DNA of 64,000 nt from Pseudomonadota bacterium (lineage in GTDB: Bacteria; Pseudomonadota; Alphaproteobacteria; Rhodobacterales; Rhodobacteraceae), in contig JBCCYF010000004.1 of the NCBI GenBank assembly GCA_039190275.1, positions 5,422 to 69,421 on the forward strand, given 5' to 3'. Below the pieces are notes generated by a model that was given only the letters and a program-made list of their open reading frames with translations, did no database searches and had not been told where the DNA came from. Positions 55,700-64,000 of the stretch are shown here, piece by piece; the first letter of the stretch is position 1; each line of letters opens with the position of its first letter. A program made the translations under genes and the position numbers.

Positions 55700-56914
55700 C
55701 TACTCCATAAACAAGTCGGTGCGCGAGCCCAGGTTCCGGGGGCGGGGAACACCCGGCGCCAATCGATACCGTATCGTGTCATAGGTTCCCGCTCCGTCGG
55801 GCAAGCGCAAAGATCGAAGAATGCGAAACATCATAGGCGACCGCCCCCGCCAGATACCATCCAACTCCAGGCGGTAGTTCATGTCTCCGACAATGAAGGT
55901 CATGCCATCCTCGGGCATATCCCCCGTTATCCGCATATTGCCCAGGACAATCGTCCCGTCCGCCGTTGGAAATACCTCTTTGACCCGTGCATCGATGGAG
56001 ACCACCTCAAGGGACCCGCGTTCGACCAATTGGGCCAGCCCGGCGACGGTTGGAAGTACCTCAGGCTCCTTAACCGGGTGGGTCGCAATGACATCGGCGG
56101 GGTCAATTTGCACAACACCCCCCGGGTACCGGCGCAGAAAGGCACGCCACACCGCGCCGGCCCGTCCGCCAAGGTCCACGCGCAATCCGTTTGGATAAGC
56201 ATGCCCAACGGTGTCCGATCCGTCGCCAAGGTCCACCTGACTATAGATTGACTGCGGCAACCAACGCGTACCGGAGTGTCCGGTCAGCGCCGCGAACCGT
56301 TCCGCGTTTTGGCTGGCCTGCGCGCTCTCGGACCAGCCTTGCCCGGCGCATGCTGCCCCACCGAGCAGACTAACCCGCTGCGGCGGCAGGCCTGCGATAC
56401 CCGTGACGTCTGTCAGGATCATCGCGCTTGCGATCCGATCGGTGGCGCCCTGCAAGCGGGCAACCACCGGGCTTCTGCTGCTTAACGCCAACACCAGGAG
56501 TGTTTCGCCGTCAGGCACATGGACATCTACAACCGTGGTTAGCGGGCCCTTGTCGCCGAAGGTCGCGGTCGAGATGGCACGCCCGCGGCTCACGTCCAGG
56601 CCAATCACCTCGGCCGCGACGGGAATCGGACCGACACGGCAGGCGGAAGTTTGCCCAACACCACGGTTTGGCAGGCCTAGGATCAGTCCAACACACACCG
56701 CCAGGCCAACGCGCGTGAGTGTATGAATGACATGGGACAAATGATTCGGTCCGTTTCGGCTGCGTGTGCCCGTCTTCTCGGCCGGGATCGAATATCTATC
56801 GAATTTGTCGAAAGAATGCATCGGCTTAAATACCTCTATGCCCGGTCTGAATCCACCGGTGCCGAACATTACTTGTCGGGAAATCCCGGCGAAACTGTGG
56901 CAATAAGGATACAT
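55700..56914 (-). CDS. hypothetical protein, probably exported (start uncertain)
   Basis: 404-aa ORF with coding-like composition and no family recognised. An internal signal-peptide-like segment (HVIHTLTRVGLAVCVGLILGLP) suggests the true start may be TTG/GTG near 56735 or ATG 56822. Confidence 0.55.
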   Translation of the reverse strand: MYPYCHSFAGISRQVMFGTGGFRPGIEVFKPMHSFDKFDRYSIPAEKTGTRSRNGPNHLSHVIHTLTRVGLAVCVGLILGLPNRGVGQTSACRVGPIPVAAEVIGLDVSRGRAISTATFGDKGPLTTVVDVHVPDGETLLVLALSSRSPVVARLQGATDRIASAMILTDVTGIAGLPPQRVSLLGGAACAGQGWSESAQASQNAERFAALTGHSGTRWLPQSIYSQVDLGDGSDTVGHAYPNGLRVDLGGRAGAVWRAFLRRYPGGVVQIDPADVIATHPVKEPEVLPTVAGLAQLVERGSLEVVSIDARVKEVFPTADGTIVLGNMRITGDMPEDGMTFIVGDMNYRLELDGIWRGRSPMMFRILRSLRLPDGAGTYDTIRYRLAPGVPRPRNLGSRTDLFME

Positions 56915-57272
56915 ATATACTGATGTAATTACGTGGTTGTTAGGGTTGCGGGGTAAGGCTTAACCATTTGTTAATAATTAATAATAGCGAATCTACTGCC
57001 TTAACGAACTGATAAAGTGTTGCGTTCGAACCCCTAAATTGTGCTGGGATTCTGGTGAAAGGATGGTATAAGGCAATACAGCGTGGGGGCGCTGGTCTTG
57101 AGTGGTAGTTAATCGTGTGAGGGGTCCAATGACCAATTCTACTGAAGTGATGGATATCGTTCGGATGTCGGTGATCGGCGCGCTTGTGCTGGTACTGGTC
57201 AGCGCTACACTTGGTGTGACCCCGGCCGCGATATTCTAAACCCGTCAAGACTTTAGGTTTTGCAGGTCTCAG

Positions 57273-58178
57273 TCAGCCGTCACGTGGTTCGATGAACACG
57301 CGTGACGGCTGAAAATCACCCGACAGGTAGGTGCCAAGCGCAATCGGCGTGCCGTCGATTGAGGCCCAGGCGACATCACCCGGACCTGCGTCGGTGCTTT
57401 GGACCGGCGCTTTATTCCCGTTTTTGAGCCGGCCCTCGAACACAGCATCTACCTGACACTCCCGCAGGTCGGCCAAACCAAAGGCGAGCGGTTTAAGCGC
57501 GTCCCGTACCGCGTCTGATGTGACATCATCGTGCCAGACCAGGGCGTCGCGGATGTGAAATGGCCCGCTCCACACGCGGCGCAACCGCAGTGTGTGACCC
57601 AAACACTCCAGTTTTTCCCCTATATCGCGCGAAATCGCGCGCACATATCCGCCCTTGCCGCATACAAGGTGAAAATCCGCGGCATCGGTACCTGCGTTCG
57701 TGAGTTCGAGCGTCTCAACAAACAGCGGCCGGCTGGCAAGGTCCGGCGCCGCGCCTTGTCGGGCCAGATCATAGGCCCGTTTGCCCGCCACATGCACAGC
57801 CGAAAATGTTGGCGGTACCTGCTCGATCTTGCCTATGAACTGCGGCAGCACCGCGCGTATCTGCTCAGCACTTGGTCGGCTGTCTCGCCGCTCAAGAACC
57901 GTCCCGCTGGCATCGTCGGTATCGGTCGACGCCCCCCAGGTGACCGTAAAGTCATACGCCTTAAGCGCGTCAGTGATGTGCGACAGGACCTTGGTCGCCT
58001 CGCCCAACGCGACGACAAGCAGGCCGGTTGCATCAGGGTCAAGCGTCCCGGCATGCCCAGCTTTCTGCGCACCCAAAAGCCAACGGATCTTGTTGGTTAC
58101 CGCGGTGGATGTGACACCGGTCGGCTTGTCGACCAACACCCAGCCGGTGACCGGCGCACCCCTTTTACGGCGCGCCAT
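57273..58178 (-). CDS. truB: tRNA pseudouridine(55) synthase
   Basis: Start at ATG 58178 gives MARRKRGAPVTGWVLVDKPTGVTSTAVTNKIRWLLGAQKAGHAGTLDP, with the catalytic Asp motif GTLDP. 301 aa. Confidence 0.93.
   Translation of the reverse strand: MARRKRGAPVTGWVLVDKPTGVTSTAVTNKIRWLLGAQKAGHAGTLDPDATGLLVVALGEATKVLSHITDALKAYDFTVTWGASTDTDDASGTVLERRDSRPSAEQIRAVLPQFIGKIEQVPPTFSAVHVAGKRAYDLARQGAAPDLASRPLFVETLELTNAGTDAADFHLVCGKGGYVRAISRDIGEKLECLGHTLRLRRVWSGPFHIRDALVWHDDVTSDAVRDALKPLAFGLADLRECQVDAVFEGRLKNGNKAPVQSTDAGPGDVAWASIDGTPIALGTYLSGDFQPSRVFIEPRDG
57274..57311 (-). other. perfect 11-bp stem-loop at the truB stop codon
   Basis: CAGCCGTCACG (57274-57284) pairs with CGTGACGGCTG (57301-57311), with a 16-nt loop. 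No U-tract follows on the transcribed strand. Confidence 0.4.
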
Positions 58179-58584
58179 TGCCCTTGTCCCCGGGCGCCAA
58201 ATCCCGCATGACATCAGGGTCAGACAACAGCCGCCTTGTGGCATCCATCTGATCGAAGCTGGTGTCGACCACAAACTTCAGCTGGGGTGAGAACCTTAGT
58301 GCCACGGCGCGATTGACCTGTCGCCGCAACTCGGTTCGGTTGTTGTTCAGAGCGTCGATAACGTCTTCCGCGCCAGAGCCGCCCAGCGGAAGCACATAGA
58401 CAGTCGCGGTTCGCAGATCGGGCGTAGTCCGCACTTCGCCAACCGTAACGGACGTCCGTTCGAGCGCGGGGTCGAACAACTCCCCCCGGGCGAGCACGTC
58501 CGACAGTGCGCGGCGGATCAACTCACCCACGCGCAATTGCCTCTGACTGGGTCCCGAGGCTCCGGTATGTGCGTTGCGTGCCAT
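58165..58584 (-). CDS. rbfA: ribosome-binding factor A
   Basis: Start at ATG 58584 after AAGGGAAGG. SQRQLRVGELIRRALSDVL and TVGEVRTTPDLRTATVYV are canonical RbfA. Overlaps the truB start by 14 nt. Confidence 0.92.
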   Translation of the reverse strand: MARNAHTGASGPSQRQLRVGELIRRALSDVLARGELFDPALERTSVTVGEVRTTPDLRTATVYVLPLGGSGAEDVIDALNNNRTELRRQVNRAVALRFSPQLKFVVDTSFDQMDATRRLLSDPDVMRDLAPGDKGNGAP

Positions 58585-58688
58585 GGTGCCTTCCCTTCGC
58601 CGCCCCATTTAAGCGGTGTCAGGGGCTTTGCCAAGCCGCATGATCGGGGCTAAGGCTGAGCGGGTCGGCGGACCCTGGGGGAGTACTC

Positions 58689-59501
58689 ATGAGCGACAAG
58701 ATACGAATGGCAGTGCTTGGGGCTGCAGGGCGGATGGGCCAGATGTTGATCCGTGCCGTGACCGAGCATCAGGGCGCCACGCTCAGCGGTGTGACGGAAC
58801 GCCCCGGCCACGACTGGGTCGGCGCGGATTTGGGAGAGGCAATGGGAGGTCCCGCGCGCGGTGTGATGGTCAGCGAGGATCCGCTGGAGGTGTTTGCCGG
58901 TGCGCAGGCGGTGATTGACTTCACTTCGCCCAAGGTTTCGCTGGACATGGCGGCGTTGGCGGCGCAGGCGCGCGCGGTGCATGTTATCGGTACAACTGGT
59001 TTCTCTGATGAACAGATTGTCGCGCTCCAGCCCGCGCAGCGTCATGCGGTCCAGATCCGTGCGGGAAATATGAGCCGGGGTGTCAATCTGCTGACGCAGA
59101 TCACGCGGCAAGTGGCGGCGGCGTTGGGCGAGGATTTCGACATTGAGGTTGTCGAAATGCATCACCGGCACAAGGTAGATGCACCGTCAGGGACAGCCCT
59201 GATGCTGGGGCAAGCCGCGGCCGAGGGGCGTGGGGTCAACCTGACGCAGGTGTCGGATCGCGGTCGTGACGGGCTGACCGGAGCGCGGAACACGGGCGAC
59301 ATCGGCTTTGCAGCATTGCGCGGCGGCGATGTTGCCGGTGAGCACGATGTTGTTTTCGCCGGACATGGCGAACGTATTGTGCTCAGGCACGTCGCGACCG
59401 ACCGGATGATCTTTGCGCGTGGCGCTATCTCAGCCGCCGTCTGGGGTCAGGCCAAGCCGCCGGGCGGATACACAATGCTTGATGTACTTGGGCTCGACTG
59501 A
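58689..59501 (+). CDS. dapB: 4-hydroxy-tetrahydrodipicolinate reductase
   Basis: 270 aa. [14 protein letters not shown] (NAD(P) motif), [15 protein letters not shown] and a GERI.L.H type motif. Confidence 0.95.
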   Translation: MSDKIRMAVLGAAGRMGQMLIRAVTEHQGATLSGVTERPGHDWVGADLGEAMGGPARGVMVSEDPLEVFAGAQAVIDFTSPKVSLDMAALAAQARAVHVIGTTGFSDEQIVALQPAQRHAVQIRAGNMSRGVNLLTQITRQVAAALGEDFDIEVVEMHHRHKVDAPSGTALMLGQAAAEGRGVNLTQVSDRGRDGLTGARNTGDIGFAALRGGDVAGEHDVVFAGHGERIVLRHVATDRMIFARGAISAAVWGQAKPPGGYTMLDVLGLD

Positions 59502-59622
59502 TGCCTTCGGGTCAGCCTTTCATCACGTTTCGGCATTGGTCAAAGGCACCCAATATCCCCCTAACGCGTTGAAATTTCTAACTTCAGGCGGCGTTGGGGG
59601 TCGAACACAGGGGCGAAACGCT

Positions 59623-59877
59623 CTAGGGCAGCCGGTCGGCCCCTATGGCCCTTGCCCCAACGGCCATCATAGCCCCGGTCCCAGCGCCCGCAAAAAGCGT
59701 AACGAGCAGAGAGTCCAGATCGGGTCCGGGCATCGCGATAGCGGTCAGCACCAAACCAACACCGATACCGCCCAAAAGTCCCAGCATTGCTCCAAGGTAA
59801 ACGCCAGATGCTGATGCGCGTGACAATGTCAGAGTTGCCCCGATCCAGCTTGCAATGATACTCAGTAGGAAAGTCAT
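59623..59877 (-). CDS. small glycine-zipper membrane protein
   Basis: 84 aa from ATG 59877 (GAGGTG RBS upstream). Two to three Gly-rich TM helices (GAMLGLLGGIGVGLVLTAIA, GAGTGAMMAVGA). The overlapping + strand ORF 59413-59814 looks non-coding. Confidence 0.5.
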   Translation of the reverse strand: MTFLLSIIASWIGATLTLSRASASGVYLGAMLGLLGGIGVGLVLTAIAMPGPDLDSLLVTLFAGAGTGAMMAVGARAIGADRLP

Positions 59878-60044
59878 ATCCACCACCTCATATCTAATTA
59901 CCACTATATTTTATGTATTCCGTGGCGTCCCTAGTTCAAGGTATTTAGGGCTGTCTGCCATGACGATTGAGTGACCGCTTTCGGCAACCAGTAGCCACCG
60001 GGCCACTGCCGCTGCAGCATAGTCCGGCGTCTTGCGCAGCGACA

Positions 60045-61526
60045 CTAAAGGTTGTGCAGATCTCGAAACTTCGTTGTGACATAGGATAGGAACGGAGCGG
60101 TCGACAATGGCTGACCCATAGCCCGCGTCATCAGCTGTTCGGGGTCTTCGGCGTTTGCGTGGGCATGCACGTTCTGACGCAACCAGTCGACGATCGGCGC
60201 GAAGTCCCCGGTCGCGATCTGCGCGTCCATATCAGGCAGCGCGCCGCGCATTGCCTCGGCCAGCCCGGCAGCATAGAGGTTGCCCAGACTGTAGGTCGGA
60301 AAGTATCCGAACGCGCCCTGCGACCAATGCACGTCCTGCAGCACTCCGCTTACGGCGTCCGGCACTGTCTTACCGAAATCCGCGGCGAACTGCGTATTCC
60401 AGGCGTCTTCCAGTGCGTCCACCTCAAGCTGTCCATCGATCAGATCTCGCTCCAAACCCGCCCTGAGCAGGATGTGCAGGTTGTAGTGCACCTCATCCGC
60501 CTCGGTCCGGATAAACCCGGTTTCCACCCGATTGAGAGCGGCATAAAGCGCTTCGGGCGAGGCGACGGAACCGGTCCCGTATGTCTCGATAAAGCGAGGA
60601 AATATCCATTCGGCAAAAGCGCGACTGCGGCCGATCTGGTTTTCAAGGAGGCGGCTCTGGCTTTCGTGCACGCCCATCGAAGCATATTGCGCCGAAGGCT
60701 CCATAATCCGATCAAGCGGCGCATTCTGCGCATAGAGCGCATGGCCGGTCTCGTGGATCACGGAGTAGAGGCAGTCCAGCGGGTTATCCTCCTGCACACG
60801 GGTGGTGATGCGGACATCGCCGCCCACGCCTGAGCAAAACGGATGCACCGTAAGATCCAGCCGTCCGGAGGTCATGTCATAGCCCAGTGCCAGCGCAACC
60901 TCGCGGCTGAGCGCGATCTGATCCTCGGCCGGAAACGGGCCGGTCAGTTGCCCGGGTGGCGGACTGTCGACCAGTTCTTCGCGCAAGAGCGACAATGGTT
61001 CGCGGAGTGTTTCGAGAAGTGGCAGCAGAATGTCCGCCTTGGCCCCCGGCTCATAGAGCGCAAGCAGCGCGTCGTAGCGTGACTGCCCGTCGTCCGCCAG
61101 GTGGTCCGCCTGCTCCCGCGTGAGCGAGACCATGTGGGACAGGGCCGGTACAAAGTCGGCGAACGCGCCGCTTTCGCGCGCTGCGGTCCAGGCCGTATAG
61201 CCCTCGGACGATGCCGTCGCGATCGCCGCGGCCAGCGCTTCGGGCACCCGGGTGGCGCGGGCGTGTTCGCGCCGGATCAGCGCCACGTTGCGGGCTGCCG
61301 GCGCCGCCAGAGACCTGTCCGCCAGCAGGTCCAGCCACTCTGACACGCGGGGGTCAGCTTTCCGATTGTGGATGGCCGCCTCTAGCGCCGAAGCGCTTGC
61401 CGCCCGCTGGGCAGCGCCGCGTTCGGGCATTTGCGTCATCTGATCCCAATGCAATACCTGACTAGCCTGTTCCAGCGCGGCAGTCTGCTTGGCATGCTCG
61501 ATCAATGCTTCGTAGGCGTTCGTCAT
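60045..61526 (-). CDS. M32 family carboxypeptidase (Taq-like)
   Basis: 493 aa. Zinc motif HETGHALY plus GVHESQS, IRTEADEVHYNLH and GYFPTYSLGN blocks. Confidence 0.92.
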   Translation of the reverse strand: MTNAYEALIEHAKQTAALEQASQVLHWDQMTQMPERGAAQRAASASALEAAIHNRKADPRVSEWLDLLADRSLAAPAARNVALIRREHARATRVPEALAAAIATASSEGYTAWTAARESGAFADFVPALSHMVSLTREQADHLADDGQSRYDALLALYEPGAKADILLPLLETLREPLSLLREELVDSPPPGQLTGPFPAEDQIALSREVALALGYDMTSGRLDLTVHPFCSGVGGDVRITTRVQEDNPLDCLYSVIHETGHALYAQNAPLDRIMEPSAQYASMGVHESQSRLLENQIGRSRAFAEWIFPRFIETYGTGSVASPEALYAALNRVETGFIRTEADEVHYNLHILLRAGLERDLIDGQLEVDALEDAWNTQFAADFGKTVPDAVSGVLQDVHWSQGAFGYFPTYSLGNLYAAGLAEAMRGALPDMDAQIATGDFAPIVDWLRQNVHAHANAEDPEQLMTRAMGQPLSTAPFLSYVTTKFRDLHNL

Positions 61527-61684
61527 TTGATGCTCCGCTATAGGCAGTCCGCTGCACGCTGAAGGACAGGGTTACCGGCGGTCGTCCACCGGGAAGCAAT
61601 CCGTAACAAAAAGTTCGACCGGAAAGATACCCAAGCCCGTATAATACGCGTAGATCGCGACAAGTGATAACAGGACCATCGCAT

Positions 61685-63046
61685 ATGCAAAGCAAAAATG
61701 AGGCCATAGCCTCGGCCCGGTTCGGAACAGGCGCGGCGCCGGGTCAGGCCGCTCCGAACAGCCCTGCAGCGCTTTTGCAGGGCTTGCAGATGCCCGAGCC
61801 ACGACTGGGCGGTGAGATACCCGGTCTCGAAGCACGCGACGCGCTGCTGGTGGATCAACGAAAGGCCCGCAAACTCCGGGCGACCGATGCTGCCGAGGCC
61901 AAGGTGCGGGAAAAGAAGGTCACGGACAGGTATCGGGCAATCATTATGGGTGACCGGCGGCGGCTGCTGGCGCGGGCGATCGGCGGCCCTTCGGGCCTGC
62001 GCGAGCGGCTGGCATGGTTCTGGGCCGATCATTTTACAGTCGCGGCCGACGGACGGCGGCGCAGCTTGCTGGCGCATGATCTGGTCGAGACGGCGATCCG
62101 CCCGAATATTACCGGGCGCTTTGCCAAATTGCTGCGTGAGGTCGTACAGCATCCCGCGATGTTGGTTTACCTGAACCAGGCAAGGTCGGTCGGCCCGAAC
62201 TCGCCGGTCGGGAAACGGCGAAACGCGGGTTTGAACGAGAACTTGGCCCGCGAGGTGTTGGAGCTGCACACCCTGGGTGTCGATGCCGGCTACACGCAGT
62301 CCGATGTGCGAGAGTTTGCCGAACTTTTGACCGGGTTGTCAGTTGAGGATGGCCGGTTTGCCTTTAAGCCCCGGCTTGCTGAGCCGGGTGCCGAGAACGT
62401 TCTGGGTGCAGAGTATGGCGGCGGCAAAAAGGCACGCCTGCGCGATGTAAACAAGGCCCTCAGGGACCTTGCAATGCGCCCGCAGACGGCACGCCACCTG
62501 GCGGCGAAGCTGATCCGCCATTTCGTGACACTGACCCCTGACGAAAGCTATGTCGAGGCGGTCGCGGATGCCTACCTTGGGTCAAATGGTGACCTGATGG
62601 CGACCTACGCAGCCCTTGTCGATGACCCGCGCGCCTGGGAGCTGCCGCTGCAAAAGGCAAAGACTCCGATGCATTTCATAGTCTCGTCGGTCCGTGCGCT
62701 GGGCGTGACCGGGCAGGATGTCATGGGGTTCAAGCCGCGTTTGCTCAACACACTGGCGATTGCGCCGATGGCCACTATGGGTCAGCCGCTAATGCGACCG
62801 ATCGGGCCAGACGGCTGGTCCGAGGATCCGACGGATTGGATCACCCCGTCCGGGCTTGCCGCGCGCGTCCACTGGGCAAACAGTCTGGTTCAGACCCGCG
62901 GCGATGACCGTGACCCCAGGCAATTTCTGGACCAGACGCTGGGTGTTCTGGCCTCGCCCTTATTGCAACGCGCAGTCGGGGGTGCTGAGACCAGGCATGA
63001 GGGGCTGACACTTGTCCTGGCCTCACCCGAATTCAACCGATGCTGA
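61685..63046 (+). CDS. DUF1800 domain protein
   Basis: RERLAWFWADHFTV, LVYLNQ and NENLAREVLELHTLGV match DUF1800 as I recall it. Start ATG 61685 or GTG 61664. Followed by a DUF1501 gene, the usual pairing. Confidence 0.85.
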   Translation: MQSKNEAIASARFGTGAAPGQAAPNSPAALLQGLQMPEPRLGGEIPGLEARDALLVDQRKARKLRATDAAEAKVREKKVTDRYRAIIMGDRRRLLARAIGGPSGLRERLAWFWADHFTVAADGRRRSLLAHDLVETAIRPNITGRFAKLLREVVQHPAMLVYLNQARSVGPNSPVGKRRNAGLNENLAREVLELHTLGVDAGYTQSDVREFAELLTGLSVEDGRFAFKPRLAEPGAENVLGAEYGGGKKARLRDVNKALRDLAMRPQTARHLAAKLIRHFVTLTPDESYVEAVADAYLGSNGDLMATYAALVDDPRAWELPLQKAKTPMHFIVSSVRALGVTGQDVMGFKPRLLNTLAIAPMATMGQPLMRPIGPDGWSEDPTDWITPSGLAARVHWANSLVQTRGDDRDPRQFLDQTLGVLASPLLQRAVGGAETRHEGLTLVLASPEFNRC

Positions 63047-63062
63047 AACGCGGAGGACAGAG

Positions 63063-64000
63063 AATGAGCGATCAAACCCCACGTCGAGAGCTGACGCGAC
63101 GCCGCCTGCTGACCAGGGGCCTGGCCTTGGGCTGTTCCGCCGCTGCCAGCCCGCTGATCACTCCGGTGACGCTGGCCTCCACACCGGGTGACACCCGACT
63201 GGTTGTGATCGTGCTGCGCGGTGCGATGGACGGACTGGACGTGGTGCAACCGATCGGCGACCGTAACCTGCATGGCCACCGCAAGACCCTGTCCGTTGGA
63301 CCGGACAACGGAGCAGCACCGTTGGATAATTTCTATGCCCTGCATCCGGCGTTGTCCGACCTGATGCCCTTGTGGTCGGCTGGCGAACTAAGCTTTGCGC
63401 ATGCCGTTTCAACGCCCTATCGGGACAAACGCAGCCATTTCGATGGCCAGGACCTGCTGGAAAACGGCGGGAACTCGGCCGACGGTGGTATGACCCCGGG
63501 CAGGGATGGCTGGTTGAACCGCATGCTCTCGCTTTTACCCGGTGCGCGGGCCGAAACCGCCTTTGCCGTGGGCCGCGGCGGATTGCTGCTGTTGCGCGGA
63601 GACACGCCCACAAGCAGTTGGTCACCGGACACCGATATGGATCTGTCGCCGCAAGCGGAGCTTTTGCTAAGCAAGGTTTGGGAGCAGGATGCCCTGTTCC
63701 ATGCCGCCGGACAAACCGCGATGGCGCTTTCCGCCGAGCGCGATGTGCCCGAAGGCATGAACCCGCGCAACTCGCAACGCGGTGCGGCGCTTGCTGAGTT
63801 CGCCGCCGGACAGCTGCGCGGCGAAGCCCGTGTCGCTGCCTTCTCACTCAATGGTTGGGACACGCATCAGGGCCAGGCCAATGCCCTGCCGCGCGCCCTG
63901 GCCGAACTGCAGACCGCAATCCTTACCTTAAAGAGCGGTCTTGGCCCTGCCTGGGATAAGACCGCGGTGCTGTGCCTGACCGAATTTGGCCGCACCGTGC
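63063..64000 (+). CDS. DUF1501 domain protein, Tat-signal (partial, runs off window end)
   Basis: My own translation: MSDQTPRRELTRRRLLTRGLALGCSAAASPL (twin-arginine leader)...VIVLRGAMDGLDVV...YRDKRSHFDGQDLLENG, typical DUF1501 blocks. The frame is open to 64000, so it is absent from the ORF track. Confidence 0.85.

Noticed and set aside
56990-57040. GGGGTTCGAACGC on the minus strand, resembling a tRNA T-loop (possible tRNA or att-site remnant)
   Set aside because: The flanking bases cannot form a T-stem or acceptor stem, and no cloverleaf can be drawn. I do not consider it a tRNA or a reliable tRNA fragment.
59413-59814. 133-aa plus-strand ORF downstream of dapB
   Set aside because: It overlaps the dapB 3' end and the opposite-strand glycine-zipper membrane ORF, which has an RBS. 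Its own product is compositionally odd and lacks an RBS.
1-64000. Search for rRNA, tRNA, CRISPR arrays, IS elements, integrases, phage genes, toxin-antitoxin pairs and known defence-system hallmarks (nucleases, helicases, reverse transcriptases, STAND/AAA ATPases)
   Set aside because: None was recognised. All intergenic gaps over 150 nt were read by eye and show no direct-repeat arrays or cloverleaf candidates. All large ORFs are accounted for by housekeeping or metabolic families, or by the few unknowns listed in the findings. A tRNAscan/Infernal/ISfinder run would be the decisive check.

Overview
High-GC alphaproteobacterial chromosomal segment. The gene content looks Rhodobacterales/roseobacter-like, but that is an inference, not a search result. 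About 65 densely packed protein genes, many translationally coupled through ATGA/GTGA overlaps.

Contents in order:
- pheS 3' end, then an antisense sulfotransferase and a Flp-like prepilin, then pheT
- YtoQ, Usg, GST, mscL, Lrp/AsnC, azlCD
- molybdenum-cofactor string fdhD-mobA-mobB-moeA with a coupled MFS gene
- greA plus an unknown membrane protein
- a CUT1-type ABC sugar/polyol importer (binding protein, 2 permeases, small membrane protein, DUF1801, 2 different ATPases) followed by a fused Dak-type kinase, a LacI regulator, a TIM-barrel isomerase and a Gfo/Idh/MocA oxidoreductase
- ETF-QO, TPR protein-ispE, convergent polyprenyl synthase, DUF2007-methyltransferase, DUF465, a GATase, LysR
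- PHB genes: phaB, phaA, a short PhaC-like enzyme, phaR
- stand-alone EAL, tag, usp, DUF2834-lysA, a giant Q/G-rich TIGR02302-type membrane protein
- Zn-ribbon protein, ftsEX, an acyltransferase, cytochrome c
- a TadG/TadE/TadE pseudopilin trio, cfa, aspS, an orphan 404-aa protein
- rbfA-truB, dapB, M32 carboxypeptidase, DUF1800/DUF1501

I recognised no rRNA, tRNA, CRISPR array, transposase, integrase or phage gene. I do not see a convincing new defence or mobile system; this looks like core chromosome.

Most worth a second look:
1. Twin LacI-type operators plus a third palindrome in front of the ABC operon.
2. The ABC/Dak-kinase/isomerase/oxidoreductase locus, whose substrate is unclear (triose versus tetritol).
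3. Four Flp-leader proteins with no secretion machinery nearby: a divergent G/AVTVDW prepilin wedged between pheS and pheT, and the TadG-TadE-TadE module.
4. The conserved-unknown Q/G-rich giant membrane protein.
5. An orphan 404-aa protein next to an AT-rich spacer.
6. A 465-nt ORF-less gap after phaR.

The long antisense ORFs in the six-frame track are GC-driven artefacts. All family assignments come from motif recognition by eye, not from database searches.
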